In this document: in pieces, positions 1-8,162 of the stretch | Position numbering within the stretch: the first letter of the stretch is position 1 | Layout of the letters: each line of letters opens with the position of its first letter | DNA from: a virus | Lineage: Duplodnaviria > Heunggongvirae > Uroviricota > Caudoviricetes | Virus record (IMG/VR): IMGVR_UViG_3300000976_000008 | Coordinates: 1-47,222 of that record | Direction: 5' to 3' (one strand) | Length of the DNA stretch: 47,222 nucleotides | Made by a program: the position numbers and the translations under genes | Notes under the pieces: generated by a model | The model's input: only the letters and a program-made list of their open reading frames with translations | What the model was told of the DNA's origin: nothing | Databases searched by the model: none

Positions 1-50
1 CTGAAGAGGAAGCACCTGCTGAAGAGGAAGCACCTGCTGAAGAGGAAGCT
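1..50 (+). repeat. 18-nt tandem repeat (GCTGAAGAGGAAGCACCT unit, ~2.7 copies visible) encoding AEEEAP
   Basis: Direct repeats ctgaagaggaagcacctg at 1-18 and 19-36, partial third copy from 37. Confidence 0.9.
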
Positions 51-95
51 GCTCCAGAAGTAGCCGAAGAAGGTGGCGAGAGCGAAGTCGCTTAA
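1..95 (+). CDS. 3' end of an acidic low-complexity protein (truncated by window start)
   Basis: Frame starting at nt 3 reads EEEAPAEEEAPAEEEAAPEVAEEGGESEVA then TAA at 93-95; a hairpin follows. Confidence 0.7.
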   Translation, partial: EEEAPAEEEAPAEEEAAPEVAEEGGESEVA

Positions 96-122
96 TAGCG
101 TCTAGTTTAGCCCAGATCCAGT

Positions 123-157
123 TTGAGGCCCAAGTGGTGGTACTGCTTGGGCCTCAA
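123..157. terminator. Hairpin between convergent genes, probable terminator
   Basis: TTGAGGCCCAAG (123-134) pairs perfectly with CTTGGGCCTCAA (146-157); lies between the stop at 95 (+) and the stop at 172 (-). Confidence 0.7.
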
Positions 158-171
158 GCATAGGTTGCTGA

Positions 172-651
172 TTATTTTGTTAACTCTGTGAATGTCTCAA
201 ATAGAAAAGCGATAGTAAATTCGCCAATCCCCGGAGAGCTTTTCTCTGAGTTTCCCGCCACATTGAGAGTTCGCACCTTCCAAGACTTCAACCATTGGAC
301 GAGAATCAAAGGAGATACACTTTCGTCCAACGGATCGATATCAAAGAATGGTTTACCATACTGAGCGATCATCCTCTCAGTTAATTTCTCTCCAGCGGAA
401 TAGAAATTAGTGGCTATTCTGATCGTCGCGTCAGAATCCTTGACATTCATCGCAGTTCTTGGGGGATACCTGGGACTCTCGTGCTCGACTACACCATAAA
501 GACCAGCATATTCAGGTTTTGGACCATCTTGGGTTTTGAAACCATTCGGCATCCACCCACCAGTTTGAAGACCAACTTTTTTAGCTGCTATCAATCCACC
601 AATATCAGCACCGGTCTGTCCACCCGAAATCACTTTTTGAATCATACTCAT
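172..651 (-). CDS. SLOG-superfamily protein (putative molybdenum carrier / YpsA-like)
   Basis: N-terminal ISGGQTGADIGGLIAA..GLQTGGW.P, middle RTAMNVKDSDAT, C-terminal LNVAGN..S; these match the MoCo_carrier-type SLOG family. Confidence 0.85.
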   Translation of the reverse strand: MSMIQKVISGGQTGADIGGLIAAKKVGLQTGGWMPNGFKTQDGPKPEYAGLYGVVEHESPRYPPRTAMNVKDSDATIRIATNFYSAGEKLTERMIAQYGKPFFDIDPLDESVSPLILVQWLKSWKVRTLNVAGNSEKSSPGIGEFTIAFLFETFTELTK

Positions 652-666
652 ACAGCTAAAATACAG

Positions 667-1026
667 CTATTGAGTAGGTTGCTGTTGGTTCCGATCTTTT
701 AGCTTCTTCTTCAATCGTCTCTTAACCAGCTTCTGAGTATCTTCTGGTTCAAGACCGAACAATTTTCTGGCGGTATTTATATCTTCAATTGGTAATCTAT
801 CATTAATTACCCCACCAATTATTTGCTCAAGATAGGTGCTGCCAAAATCGCAAGCACTAGTACCAAGACATCGTCGAGTTTTAATCGCTTTAATGATTCC
901 AGGTAGATTAATCTCACCAGTTGATAGAGGTCTGGAAATATCACTGTTCCCATCCGTCACGCCAGCATATACGGCAGTCAGTATATCCTGAACACCAGCT
1001 GATTCTATTATGCTGTTGAGCTTCAT
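667..1026 (-). CDS. Hypothetical protein; start probably 1026 (MKLNSIIES) or 1074 rather than 1176
   Basis: Open frame 667-1176; starts above 1118 would overlap the divergent + gene, which has a perfect SD. Confidence 0.6.
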   Translation of the reverse strand: MKLNSIIESAGVQDILTAVYAGVTDGNSDISRPLSTGEINLPGIIKAIKTRRCLGTSACDFGSTYLEQIIGGVINDRLPIEDINTARKLFGLEPEDTQKLVKRRLKKKLKDRNQQQPTQ

Positions 1027-1117
1027 ACAGTATCTTTGCACAAATCGATCAAATATATACTGGTTTAACCACATGGGTGGTTTGTCAATTTTTGGTCTGC
1101 TTAGGAGGTTCCTAGTT

Positions 1118-1774
1118 ATGTTAGGTAAGTTACACACATCTACTATTCGCCGCTTCATCCCTTGTCTCAAATTCAAAGAGAAAGGGATCTACCAAATAGA
1201 TTGGCAACCGGTCGATCAATATAAAGCTGACGAATACGCTAAGAACAAAGAAGAATACTGGAAAAGAACAAATTCCTGTAGCTCTGCTAGGCCAGGAACT
1301 TTACCAGATGATCTAGACCAAAAGGTCAAAGATCTCCACTTCAAGCTCAATAAATCTTACAAAGACGAAATAGAACATTTCACACGTCTCTTTGTATCCG
1401 AAAGCACCAGATCTAGAAATTTCGATACATGTGTTCGTGATAAATGTCACCAGACAGCAGTGGCAGCATTGAATACTGCATTCTATCTCCTATCGGATTG
1501 CATTTATAGTATTGAAAGCCAAGAGTGGTATCATGGGCCATATAAGAAGATTTACTACCACCTAATATCTTATAAGTTTTGGAGGCTCTACACTGGTCGA
1601 GGGCTTGTATGGTATCATTCTGGTTTACAGGGCTTAGAGAACCAGATAAGAATATTACTTGATAAAGGGTCAGAAGAGCAAGCAAAATTGTATAGTATTA
1701 CAACAGTTCAAATGAGACGGTGGGAAGAAGAACAAGAGAAGTTCTGGGCACATACTGCGATCCCTGAGAACTAA
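1118..1774 (+). CDS. Hypothetical protein (218 aa)
   Basis: AGGAGG at 1103-1108, 9 nt before ATG 1118; long ORF ending just before a strong hairpin. No family recognised. Confidence 0.7.
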   Translation: MLGKLHTSTIRRFIPCLKFKEKGIYQIDWQPVDQYKADEYAKNKEEYWKRTNSCSSARPGTLPDDLDQKVKDLHFKLNKSYKDEIEHFTRLFVSESTRSRNFDTCVRDKCHQTAVAALNTAFYLLSDCIYSIESQEWYHGPYKKIYYHLISYKFWRLYTGRGLVWYHSGLQGLENQIRILLDKGSEEQAKLYSITTVQMRRWEEEQEKFWAHTAIPEN

Positions 1775-1786
1775 ATATCTATAGAG

Positions 1787-1820
1787 AAAGCCCGGTCGAA
1801 AATTTCGACCGGGCTTTTCT
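1787..1820. terminator. Bidirectional Rho-independent terminator downstream of the capsid gene
   Basis: AAAGCCCGGTCGAA (1787-1800) / AAT loop / TTCGACCGGGCTTT (1804-1817); A/T runs on both flanks; between convergent genes. Confidence 0.9.
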
Positions 1821-1855
1821 ATCGCAACTCGGGAGGGGTCGCAGAGGCAGAAGGC

Positions 1856-3460
1856 TTACAGGTTGCTTACGTTAACAACACCGTAGTAAAGACCACCATC
1901 TTCAATCAGCTTCTTGCCGTATCGAGTCATCACGCCCTTGTTAGGTGTGAAGCTGTTCGGGTCAAGAACTGTTGGCGTACTCAACAGTGGAATGTACGGA
2001 GCGTAGAAGTAACCAGCATCGAGAACTGAGTTGCCCTTGAAGCCCATCAGAATCTTGCAATTCGGGAAGAGTGGATCTTTGTAGATCTTCATCTTGCCCT
2101 GAATCGTACCGATGTTCATGATTCCGATATCAACGCCTTCAGTCGTGAATGCGTCACTAGCACGGAAATCATTGAGCTGCTCGAACTTCGAGCAGATGTC
2201 AGACGACATCACCATCCAGTTAGCAGGACCACGCAGTGTAGTTCTGTGGATGATGTTCGCGACTTCAAGAACCTTGTACATCAGGGCGATGTTGCGGTCA
2301 GTGAAGTTAACAGAGGCACCAGCCGCTGTTGCGAAGTTGTGATCGGCACGGATAGCAGAAGCAATGATCAGGTCGTTGATGATTTCACGGTCGATTTCGG
2401 CGACCATTTCATCAGCCATCAGATCTGTCAACGTCGATTCAGCATCGATGTTGTGAACAGCCTTAAGGTCCTGAGCAGCTTCAAGACTCCAGCTAGTCTT
2501 CAGCTTACGAGTAATAGCAGCAACAGAATCACTGTCGATGCTCATCGTAACTTCTGGCTGGAATGGGTTAGATTCCAAGTCGTACTCGTAGTTCACACGA
2601 GCAACGGCACCAGCAGGGAAAGCACCACCATCGAGGGTAACCTGAACGGCACCTGAAGAGTGGCTAAACTCAGTAGCACCAGCAGTCGCTGTGTCAACTG
2701 AAAGAGTGTTCGTGAAGTTAGTACAATCACCAACCAGAACAACTTCAGGAGCACCATCAGCATCGAAACTGACGCGAAGGCAAGGAACAGCGTCGTCACA
2801 GTTTGGACTTGCGTCTTCTTCTGTTTCGTAAACTTCAACAACAACAGTACCGGCGAGAACTGGACGGTGTGCCAGTGTCGCAGCAACTACTGTGTTGCCA
2901 GTCACAGTCGCATCTTCGCCGCGAACTTCCTGTGAACTGTAGTACGGGTCGAGTGCCCAACCATTCTGACGTGCGAATGTTTGAGACGTGTTCTGCCGCA
3001 TGATCTGAGTACCAGCAACAGTCTGACCCTTAGTCAGAGCGTATCGGTATCGGATGTAGAAGATGAGGCTGGCAGGTTGACTCATTGGCTGAACACCAAC
3101 AAGGTTGTCAGCAATCAACTTCGGATATGACTTTCGGATCAGCGGCAATGCGAATCGCGTGAAGTCGGCGATATTCGCAGTAGTCGTTTGATCTTCGAGG
3201 ATGACTGATCGGTTCTCAGGATTCCAGCAGTTGTACTGGTTCTCAAGAATCGCAGCCATCAAGCCGAATTTCTGAGGCGAGACTTCGCGGCACTTCTTGA
3301 GGACTGGCGACCATCTCTTGACGAGCTGATTCTTCTTGCTCTCATGAATCACTGACGCTTGGTGCATGTCAGATGCACCTTCAGTGATTGGCCGACGTCC
3401 TGCCGCACCCTCTACGAGGTGCTGGCGACCGCCAAATCGTTGTTGTCTAGTAGGAAGCAT
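1856..3460 (-). CDS. gp23: Major capsid protein, T4 gp23-like
   Basis: LVGVQPMSQPASLIFYIRYRY, TRKLKTSWSLEAAQDLKAVH..DAE, EIDREII, GYFYAPYIPL, GVMTRYG motifs; SD CCAGGAG upstream. Confidence 0.97.
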   Translation of the reverse strand: MLPTRQQRFGGRQHLVEGAAGRRPITEGASDMHQASVIHESKKNQLVKRWSPVLKKCREVSPQKFGLMAAILENQYNCWNPENRSVILEDQTTTANIADFTRFALPLIRKSYPKLIADNLVGVQPMSQPASLIFYIRYRYALTKGQTVAGTQIMRQNTSQTFARQNGWALDPYYSSQEVRGEDATVTGNTVVAATLAHRPVLAGTVVVEVYETEEDASPNCDDAVPCLRVSFDADGAPEVVLVGDCTNFTNTLSVDTATAGATEFSHSSGAVQVTLDGGAFPAGAVARVNYEYDLESNPFQPEVTMSIDSDSVAAITRKLKTSWSLEAAQDLKAVHNIDAESTLTDLMADEMVAEIDREIINDLIIASAIRADHNFATAAGASVNFTDRNIALMYKVLEVANIIHRTTLRGPANWMVMSSDICSKFEQLNDFRASDAFTTEGVDIGIMNIGTIQGKMKIYKDPLFPNCKILMGFKGNSVLDAGYFYAPYIPLLSTPTVLDPNSFTPNKGVMTRYGKKLIEDGGLYYGVVNVSNL

Positions 3461-3512
3461 GTATGGTAACTCCTGGAATTGTTCGATCGTAATCGAATTT
3501 GGTTCAAAAGGT

Positions 3513-4262
3513 CTAGATCAGATCTTCATCAACCTGATTTGCAATGTTGCCCATATCCCACTGGTTGCCACTACCGGTACCAGTAACATGTGGCTGCTTC
3601 GATTGCGGAGGTGTCCGTCGATCTTGGCTTTCAACAAGTGTTGGTTGTGATGAAACTCGCTTAGCAGATTTTCGACGTTGACCATCGATTCTTCTGCTCT
3701 GTTGTTTGCGTGATTCAGAAACAGTCTTCTTCGGCTTTTGAGTGCCTTCAGAAATCTGTTTTTTAAGGCGAGCATTAATAGCAGCAAGTTCTCTGTTTTT
3801 CTTCAGAGCCTTTTCTGCAATTGCTGTTTGACGGTTAGCAACCGTGACAGCTTTGTTTCGTCCCTCAACCGCAAGTTGGGCCTGCTTTTTGACCTTTTCC
3901 AATCCAGCTTGAGCTGTGCCGTTTGGCCCCGCATGAAGTGTGACGCCTTCGAGCAATGCTCGGAGTTCCGTCAACTTCGCAGTGGCTTCGGATTCGCTAA
4001 GTGCCGATTGTTTAGCAAGGTGTGCTTCTACTGCAGCTCCCTTTGTCTCGCAAAAAATTTGTACGCGACGAGAAAGTTCTCGTTTGTGTGCTTCAGTTTC
4101 TTCGATACAAACCTTCTTGGCTTGATCAACCTTAGCAGCGTACTCCACTTCAAACTGCTCACGAAGAGTAGTCCTATATTGCTCAAGTGAATTGACAATA
4201 TTAGAAGCAAGTTCTTCACTCACGTTTGCTTTAAGCAACAGTTCATGAATTTTACCACTCAT
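3513..4262 (-). CDS. Prohead core scaffold protein, gp22-like
   Basis: Between protease and MCP as in T4; long charged coiled coil; many (I/L/V)xE-S/G motifs. Positional call. Confidence 0.7.
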   Translation of the reverse strand: MSGKIHELLLKANVSEELASNIVNSLEQYRTTLREQFEVEYAAKVDQAKKVCIEETEAHKRELSRRVQIFCETKGAAVEAHLAKQSALSESEATAKLTELRALLEGVTLHAGPNGTAQAGLEKVKKQAQLAVEGRNKAVTVANRQTAIAEKALKKNRELAAINARLKKQISEGTQKPKKTVSESRKQQSRRIDGQRRKSAKRVSSQPTLVESQDRRTPPQSKQPHVTGTGSGNQWDMGNIANQVDEDLI

Positions 4263-4328
4263 CAGACGACTCCCTCACGAACATTGTGTCGTGTTGTAGT
4301 TATTTTTGCTTGAAAATTTGAATTCTGA

Positions 4329-5078
4329 TTACTTCAAACCGAAATAATCATTAATCTCTGAAACAAGCATCTTCTCATAAGCCTGTGGTGAGAATTTACT
4401 TCTTTGTCGAGATATTGGCTTAATTCGTTTAGTGAGACCTTCTTGAATGTTCAGAATAGCACCATTCACAGAAGGTTCCGCAACAGCATCCCATGTTACA
4501 AATGAGTAACCAGGCATCACACGATAAACTTCGTGTCCACCTTGTTCGATAACTTCCATGTCACCAACGCCACGAGATGAAATTCCTACTCGAACCTTAT
4601 GTTCGAATAATCCTCTCAAGCAAGCACCCATTGGTAGACTATGCAAGACTTCAGCTTCACCATAGACCTTACGACCATCCATCCAAACTTTTGAGATTAG
4701 ATGGCTAACTCGATCCAAGTGAATCTTAGCATCAGCGGGGTGATCAAATTCACCCATCACAGCTCTACTAGAAACATCTTCCTGGATCTGTCGAACAGCA
4801 GGGCTAAGAACATCGCCAGTAGAGTATAATCTACCGTTAGCATTCTCTTTATCACCCATCTGAAACAGACCAGTAACTCTAAGAACAGGGATACCATTCC
4901 CATTCTTGCCTTCCATGACAGCATTCTTGGCGTCAATTACTTCAAAAGGAAATGTATCCCTCAAAAGTTGAAGACCAACAGGAATATTGCCAGTCTCAGC
5001 AATTACGCCACGATTGAAATAAGCAGGATTATTACTGTCTTCAGAAATAACCCTACCACCTCTTCTGCTAGGTAGCAT
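4329..5078 (-). CDS. gp21: Prohead maturation protease, T4 gp21-like
   Basis: ENANGRLY, MGEFDHP, VSHLI, VGISSRGVG (catalytic His/Ser motifs), WDAVAEPS; SD AGGAG before ATG 5078. Confidence 0.95.
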   Translation of the reverse strand: MLPSRRGGRVISEDSNNPAYFNRGVIAETGNIPVGLQLLRDTFPFEVIDAKNAVMEGKNGNGIPVLRVTGLFQMGDKENANGRLYSTGDVLSPAVRQIQEDVSSRAVMGEFDHPADAKIHLDRVSHLISKVWMDGRKVYGEAEVLHSLPMGACLRGLFEHKVRVGISSRGVGDMEVIEQGGHEVYRVMPGYSFVTWDAVAEPSVNGAILNIQEGLTKRIKPISRQRSKFSPQAYEKMLVSEINDYFGLK

Positions 5079-5090
5079 CTTCAACTCCTA

Positions 5091-8057
5091 CTATTTCTTG
5101 CTGATAGCTTTAGCTGTTGGTGGCTTTGTACCAGATCCATCGTCAACTTTCAGATCAGGCCCAATAGAATCGAGCTTGTCATCAGTTGTTTTTGTAATCT
5201 TGTGAGCTGGCATATCTCGCTTGTTGTCTCCAACATGCTTGGAATATTTTGACGACGAAGGTTCAGTAATGTCCTTATCTTCAAAGGCCATTTCTTCCTC
5301 TTCTTCAGCAGGTGGGGCACCCATTTCCATGCCTTCTCCGCCCATCTCGTCTCCCATGCCGCCTTCCATACCCATTTCACCCTCCATGCCGCCTTCCATG
5401 CCCATCTCACCTTCCATGCCGCCCGCTTCGTAATCAGGCATTTCTTCACCGATTTCGCCGACTACATCGGCGACTTCGCCACCTTCCATGTCTTCCATTT
5501 CGCCTTCGTCAACAGCACCAACTGGCTCCATGCCTTCACCGGCTTCTTCTTCGCCTTCCATGCCCATTCCGAGTTCACCAACTTCAGCATCATCGCTGAC
5601 TTCAACCGCTAATCCACCATCTGGTGTAGTAGTGATCTTAGCCATTGCTTCATTCAAAGCAGCGTCCTCAGCATCAGAAATAGGTCTCAACTGTTCGGTC
5701 GATTGAGCCAACCAATCCGTGAATCTTTCAGGATGACCTTCTTCAATCATCCCAGCGGCAGCAAACGCATCATTGTAAAGTTCTGCTGGGACTGGAATTT
5801 CAACAGAACCATCCTCACTCATGATAATCGGCTTGAGACTTTCGTCCGCACCACCATGATCAAAGATGAATCCTACTCCGCCAATTTGGCCAGCAATAGC
5901 ATCTGACTGACTCTCGCCCCACTCAATTGATTCATTTTTCAATTCACGTGGTTTGTAAGCAGTCTTCTTGAAGCCACGACCGCGATATCTCGGACCTTTG
6001 AATTGGTCTTCTGCGAAATCGCCATCGTCTCCAACGTCAAGGACGTCTTCGTCATCATCTTCATCATCACCCCCACCACCGATAGTATCAGCGATACCGG
6101 CAGTAGAAGTCATTTCAGAGAACAACTCGATCGCTTGCTCCAAAGCCTTTGGCATCCTACCAGGTGGAACCCGAAGGCCGACTGCTTCAATGCTAGCTTC
6201 GGCCATTGACTCAAGATTTTCAGCTAAAGCCTTGCCAGTAAGATTGTGATCTTCTGCAAGACGGCTCATAATATTAACAATCTTCTGTAGTTGACCCTTG
6301 TCATTGATGACTGGAGCACCATAAGAAGCAATGTTAATATCCCCTTCAGAAACCATTTCACCCTTACGAATAGCGTAAGGATCGCTGCTTTCTTCCAGTT
6401 CTTCTGTTTCGTCACCAGCTTGGTCATCGTCCTCATCAGTCTTCATCTCATAATGAGTCGGACGTGACTCGTTAACTGCTGTACCCTTATTCTGCTTGCT
6501 AGCAAGGTCTAGACCACCAGCAGGAGGAGCACCGCCACCATCACCGAGAAGTGCCGCAAGGTCACCTTCTTCAGCAGCAGGATCACCACCCATAGCTGGA
6601 TCTTCCATAGGAGGTTCAGCACCTAAGTCGTCTTCAAGACCACCAAGCCCATCTTCTCCGCCAGCAGAACTTGAACCACCAACCTGAATCAATGGTGAAT
6701 TGATGACAATGCTAGGTTGTCCTTCACCACCACCCAAATCATCAGCAAGTCCAAGACCATCATCTTCCCCGCCTGGGATTTGATCGAAATCACCCAGTGT
6801 TTCAGTCGCAGACAATTCTTCTTGAATCGTAGCGATAAGATCCTCAGCCTCATAAATTGCAGCATCGTCAAAGTTTGGATCTTTGAGACGGATAATCAAA
6901 TTCTCAAGCTTAGAAGAAAGATCATGAGACTCTTTAATCTTTGGAGTCTTGTCTTTCAGCACTGAAAGTGTAGTTGCAAGTGCTTCAGCAGTCACTTCCT
7001 TGTTCGAAATCGCTTCGAAGATCAATTCAAGGAATTTGTCATAAGCAGCTTCGAAGTTCTTTGAACTTTCAAGAATTTGAACATTCTCTGCAAGAACAGG
7101 ATGTTCAGATTTCTTAGCAATATTTCGCCACTCATCAATAACCTTACGTCTATTGATCTTCAAGTTCGTTCTGTGAAATAAAGTAGCAACATCATTACAT
7201 AGATCTTGATTGAAAACGGCAACAGCTGCCAAAGAATTTTCAACCAATGTCTGAGTCATAGGACGTGAGAGGAGAGTAAATTCTTCCATTTCATCTACGA
7301 ACGGTGAAATGAATTTTACTGCTTCTTCGATGTTTCCTTCAGAGACTAATCGAGCAGTGTGCTTGATTCTCTTCTGGAATCCCTCAGACCAATAAGCATT
7401 TTCTGCAGCTGATCGCAACTTCTTGGCAACCAACTTCCGAGCAGCCCACTTGGTGACAGGAAGTCGGACAGGATCTCCACTTTCAAACGAAGCAGAAACG
7501 ACCTCACCATTCTCAACAATCACTTGATCACGAAGACCTTCAGTAATTGCTGCAACCAAACGGCATCTTGTGTTTTCAGAGAGAGAGTCTTTACTCTCTA
7601 CTTGAATTCTTCGAGTTACCTTATCGCGGCACTTAACAAAACCAGAATAAGGAACTGAACGACCAGAGAATCGGTGACTCTTCATCCGATTGAAAGAGGT
7701 TTGCATCCCCTTTTGATCGTTTTCCTCGATAGCTTCGATCAGCTTGTAGCAAGCTTCGCCGAAGACTTGCTGTTTCTCACCTTCTTGGATCTGAATGGTG
7801 CGAATATTCTTGATCGAAACCTTGCCGCGTTCTGTCTTGTGATCCGCGACGAAATAGGAATTATTCTCAACGTCTTCAAAATAAAGACTATCAGATTTGA
7901 GAGCTGTTAGCCGGAAATTTTTCCCAGCCTTATCACCCATCTGAGAGATGTGGTGTTCAAATTCAGCAACTTTAGATTGTGCAGAATCATTCAACGCACC
8001 AAGAAATTTTCGGCTGTCCATAACAACCGTAGATTCTTCACTAGATCTCGCCATCAT
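5091..8057 (-). CDS. Large (~988 aa) acidic putative prohead-core / internal head protein
   Basis: Sits between portal and protease (T4 gp67/gp68 position); helical N-terminal ~420 aa, very acidic low-complexity C-terminal half; SD GGGAG before ATG 8057. Confidence 0.6.
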   Translation of the reverse strand: MMARSSEESTVVMDSRKFLGALNDSAQSKVAEFEHHISQMGDKAGKNFRLTALKSDSLYFEDVENNSYFVADHKTERGKVSIKNIRTIQIQEGEKQQVFGEACYKLIEAIEENDQKGMQTSFNRMKSHRFSGRSVPYSGFVKCRDKVTRRIQVESKDSLSENTRCRLVAAITEGLRDQVIVENGEVVSASFESGDPVRLPVTKWAARKLVAKKLRSAAENAYWSEGFQKRIKHTARLVSEGNIEEAVKFISPFVDEMEEFTLLSRPMTQTLVENSLAAVAVFNQDLCNDVATLFHRTNLKINRRKVIDEWRNIAKKSEHPVLAENVQILESSKNFEAAYDKFLELIFEAISNKEVTAEALATTLSVLKDKTPKIKESHDLSSKLENLIIRLKDPNFDDAAIYEAEDLIATIQEELSATETLGDFDQIPGGEDDGLGLADDLGGGEGQPSIVINSPLIQVGGSSSAGGEDGLGGLEDDLGAEPPMEDPAMGGDPAAEEGDLAALLGDGGGAPPAGGLDLASKQNKGTAVNESRPTHYEMKTDEDDDQAGDETEELEESSDPYAIRKGEMVSEGDINIASYGAPVINDKGQLQKIVNIMSRLAEDHNLTGKALAENLESMAEASIEAVGLRVPPGRMPKALEQAIELFSEMTSTAGIADTIGGGGDDEDDDEDVLDVGDDGDFAEDQFKGPRYRGRGFKKTAYKPRELKNESIEWGESQSDAIAGQIGGVGFIFDHGGADESLKPIIMSEDGSVEIPVPAELYNDAFAAAGMIEEGHPERFTDWLAQSTEQLRPISDAEDAALNEAMAKITTTPDGGLAVEVSDDAEVGELGMGMEGEEEAGEGMEPVGAVDEGEMEDMEGGEVADVVGEIGEEMPDYEAGGMEGEMGMEGGMEGEMGMEGGMGDEMGGEGMEMGAPPAEEEEEMAFEDKDITEPSSSKYSKHVGDNKRDMPAHKITKTTDDKLDSIGPDLKVDDGSGTKPPTAKAISKK
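5341..5423 (-). repeat. 30-nt imperfect tandem repeat (~2.8 copies) encoding GGMEGEMGME
   Basis: Units at 5341-5370, 5371-5400 and 5401-5423 share cccat.tc.....ccatgccgcc. Confidence 0.85.
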
Positions 8058-8162
8058 AAACTCCCATTGCTCGACTCTCAATTAACAGATTAGTGCTGTT
8101 AATATCAATTCATCGATAGCAATTAATATGTCCAGTAACTTATACTAATTTTGCACGAGCGA

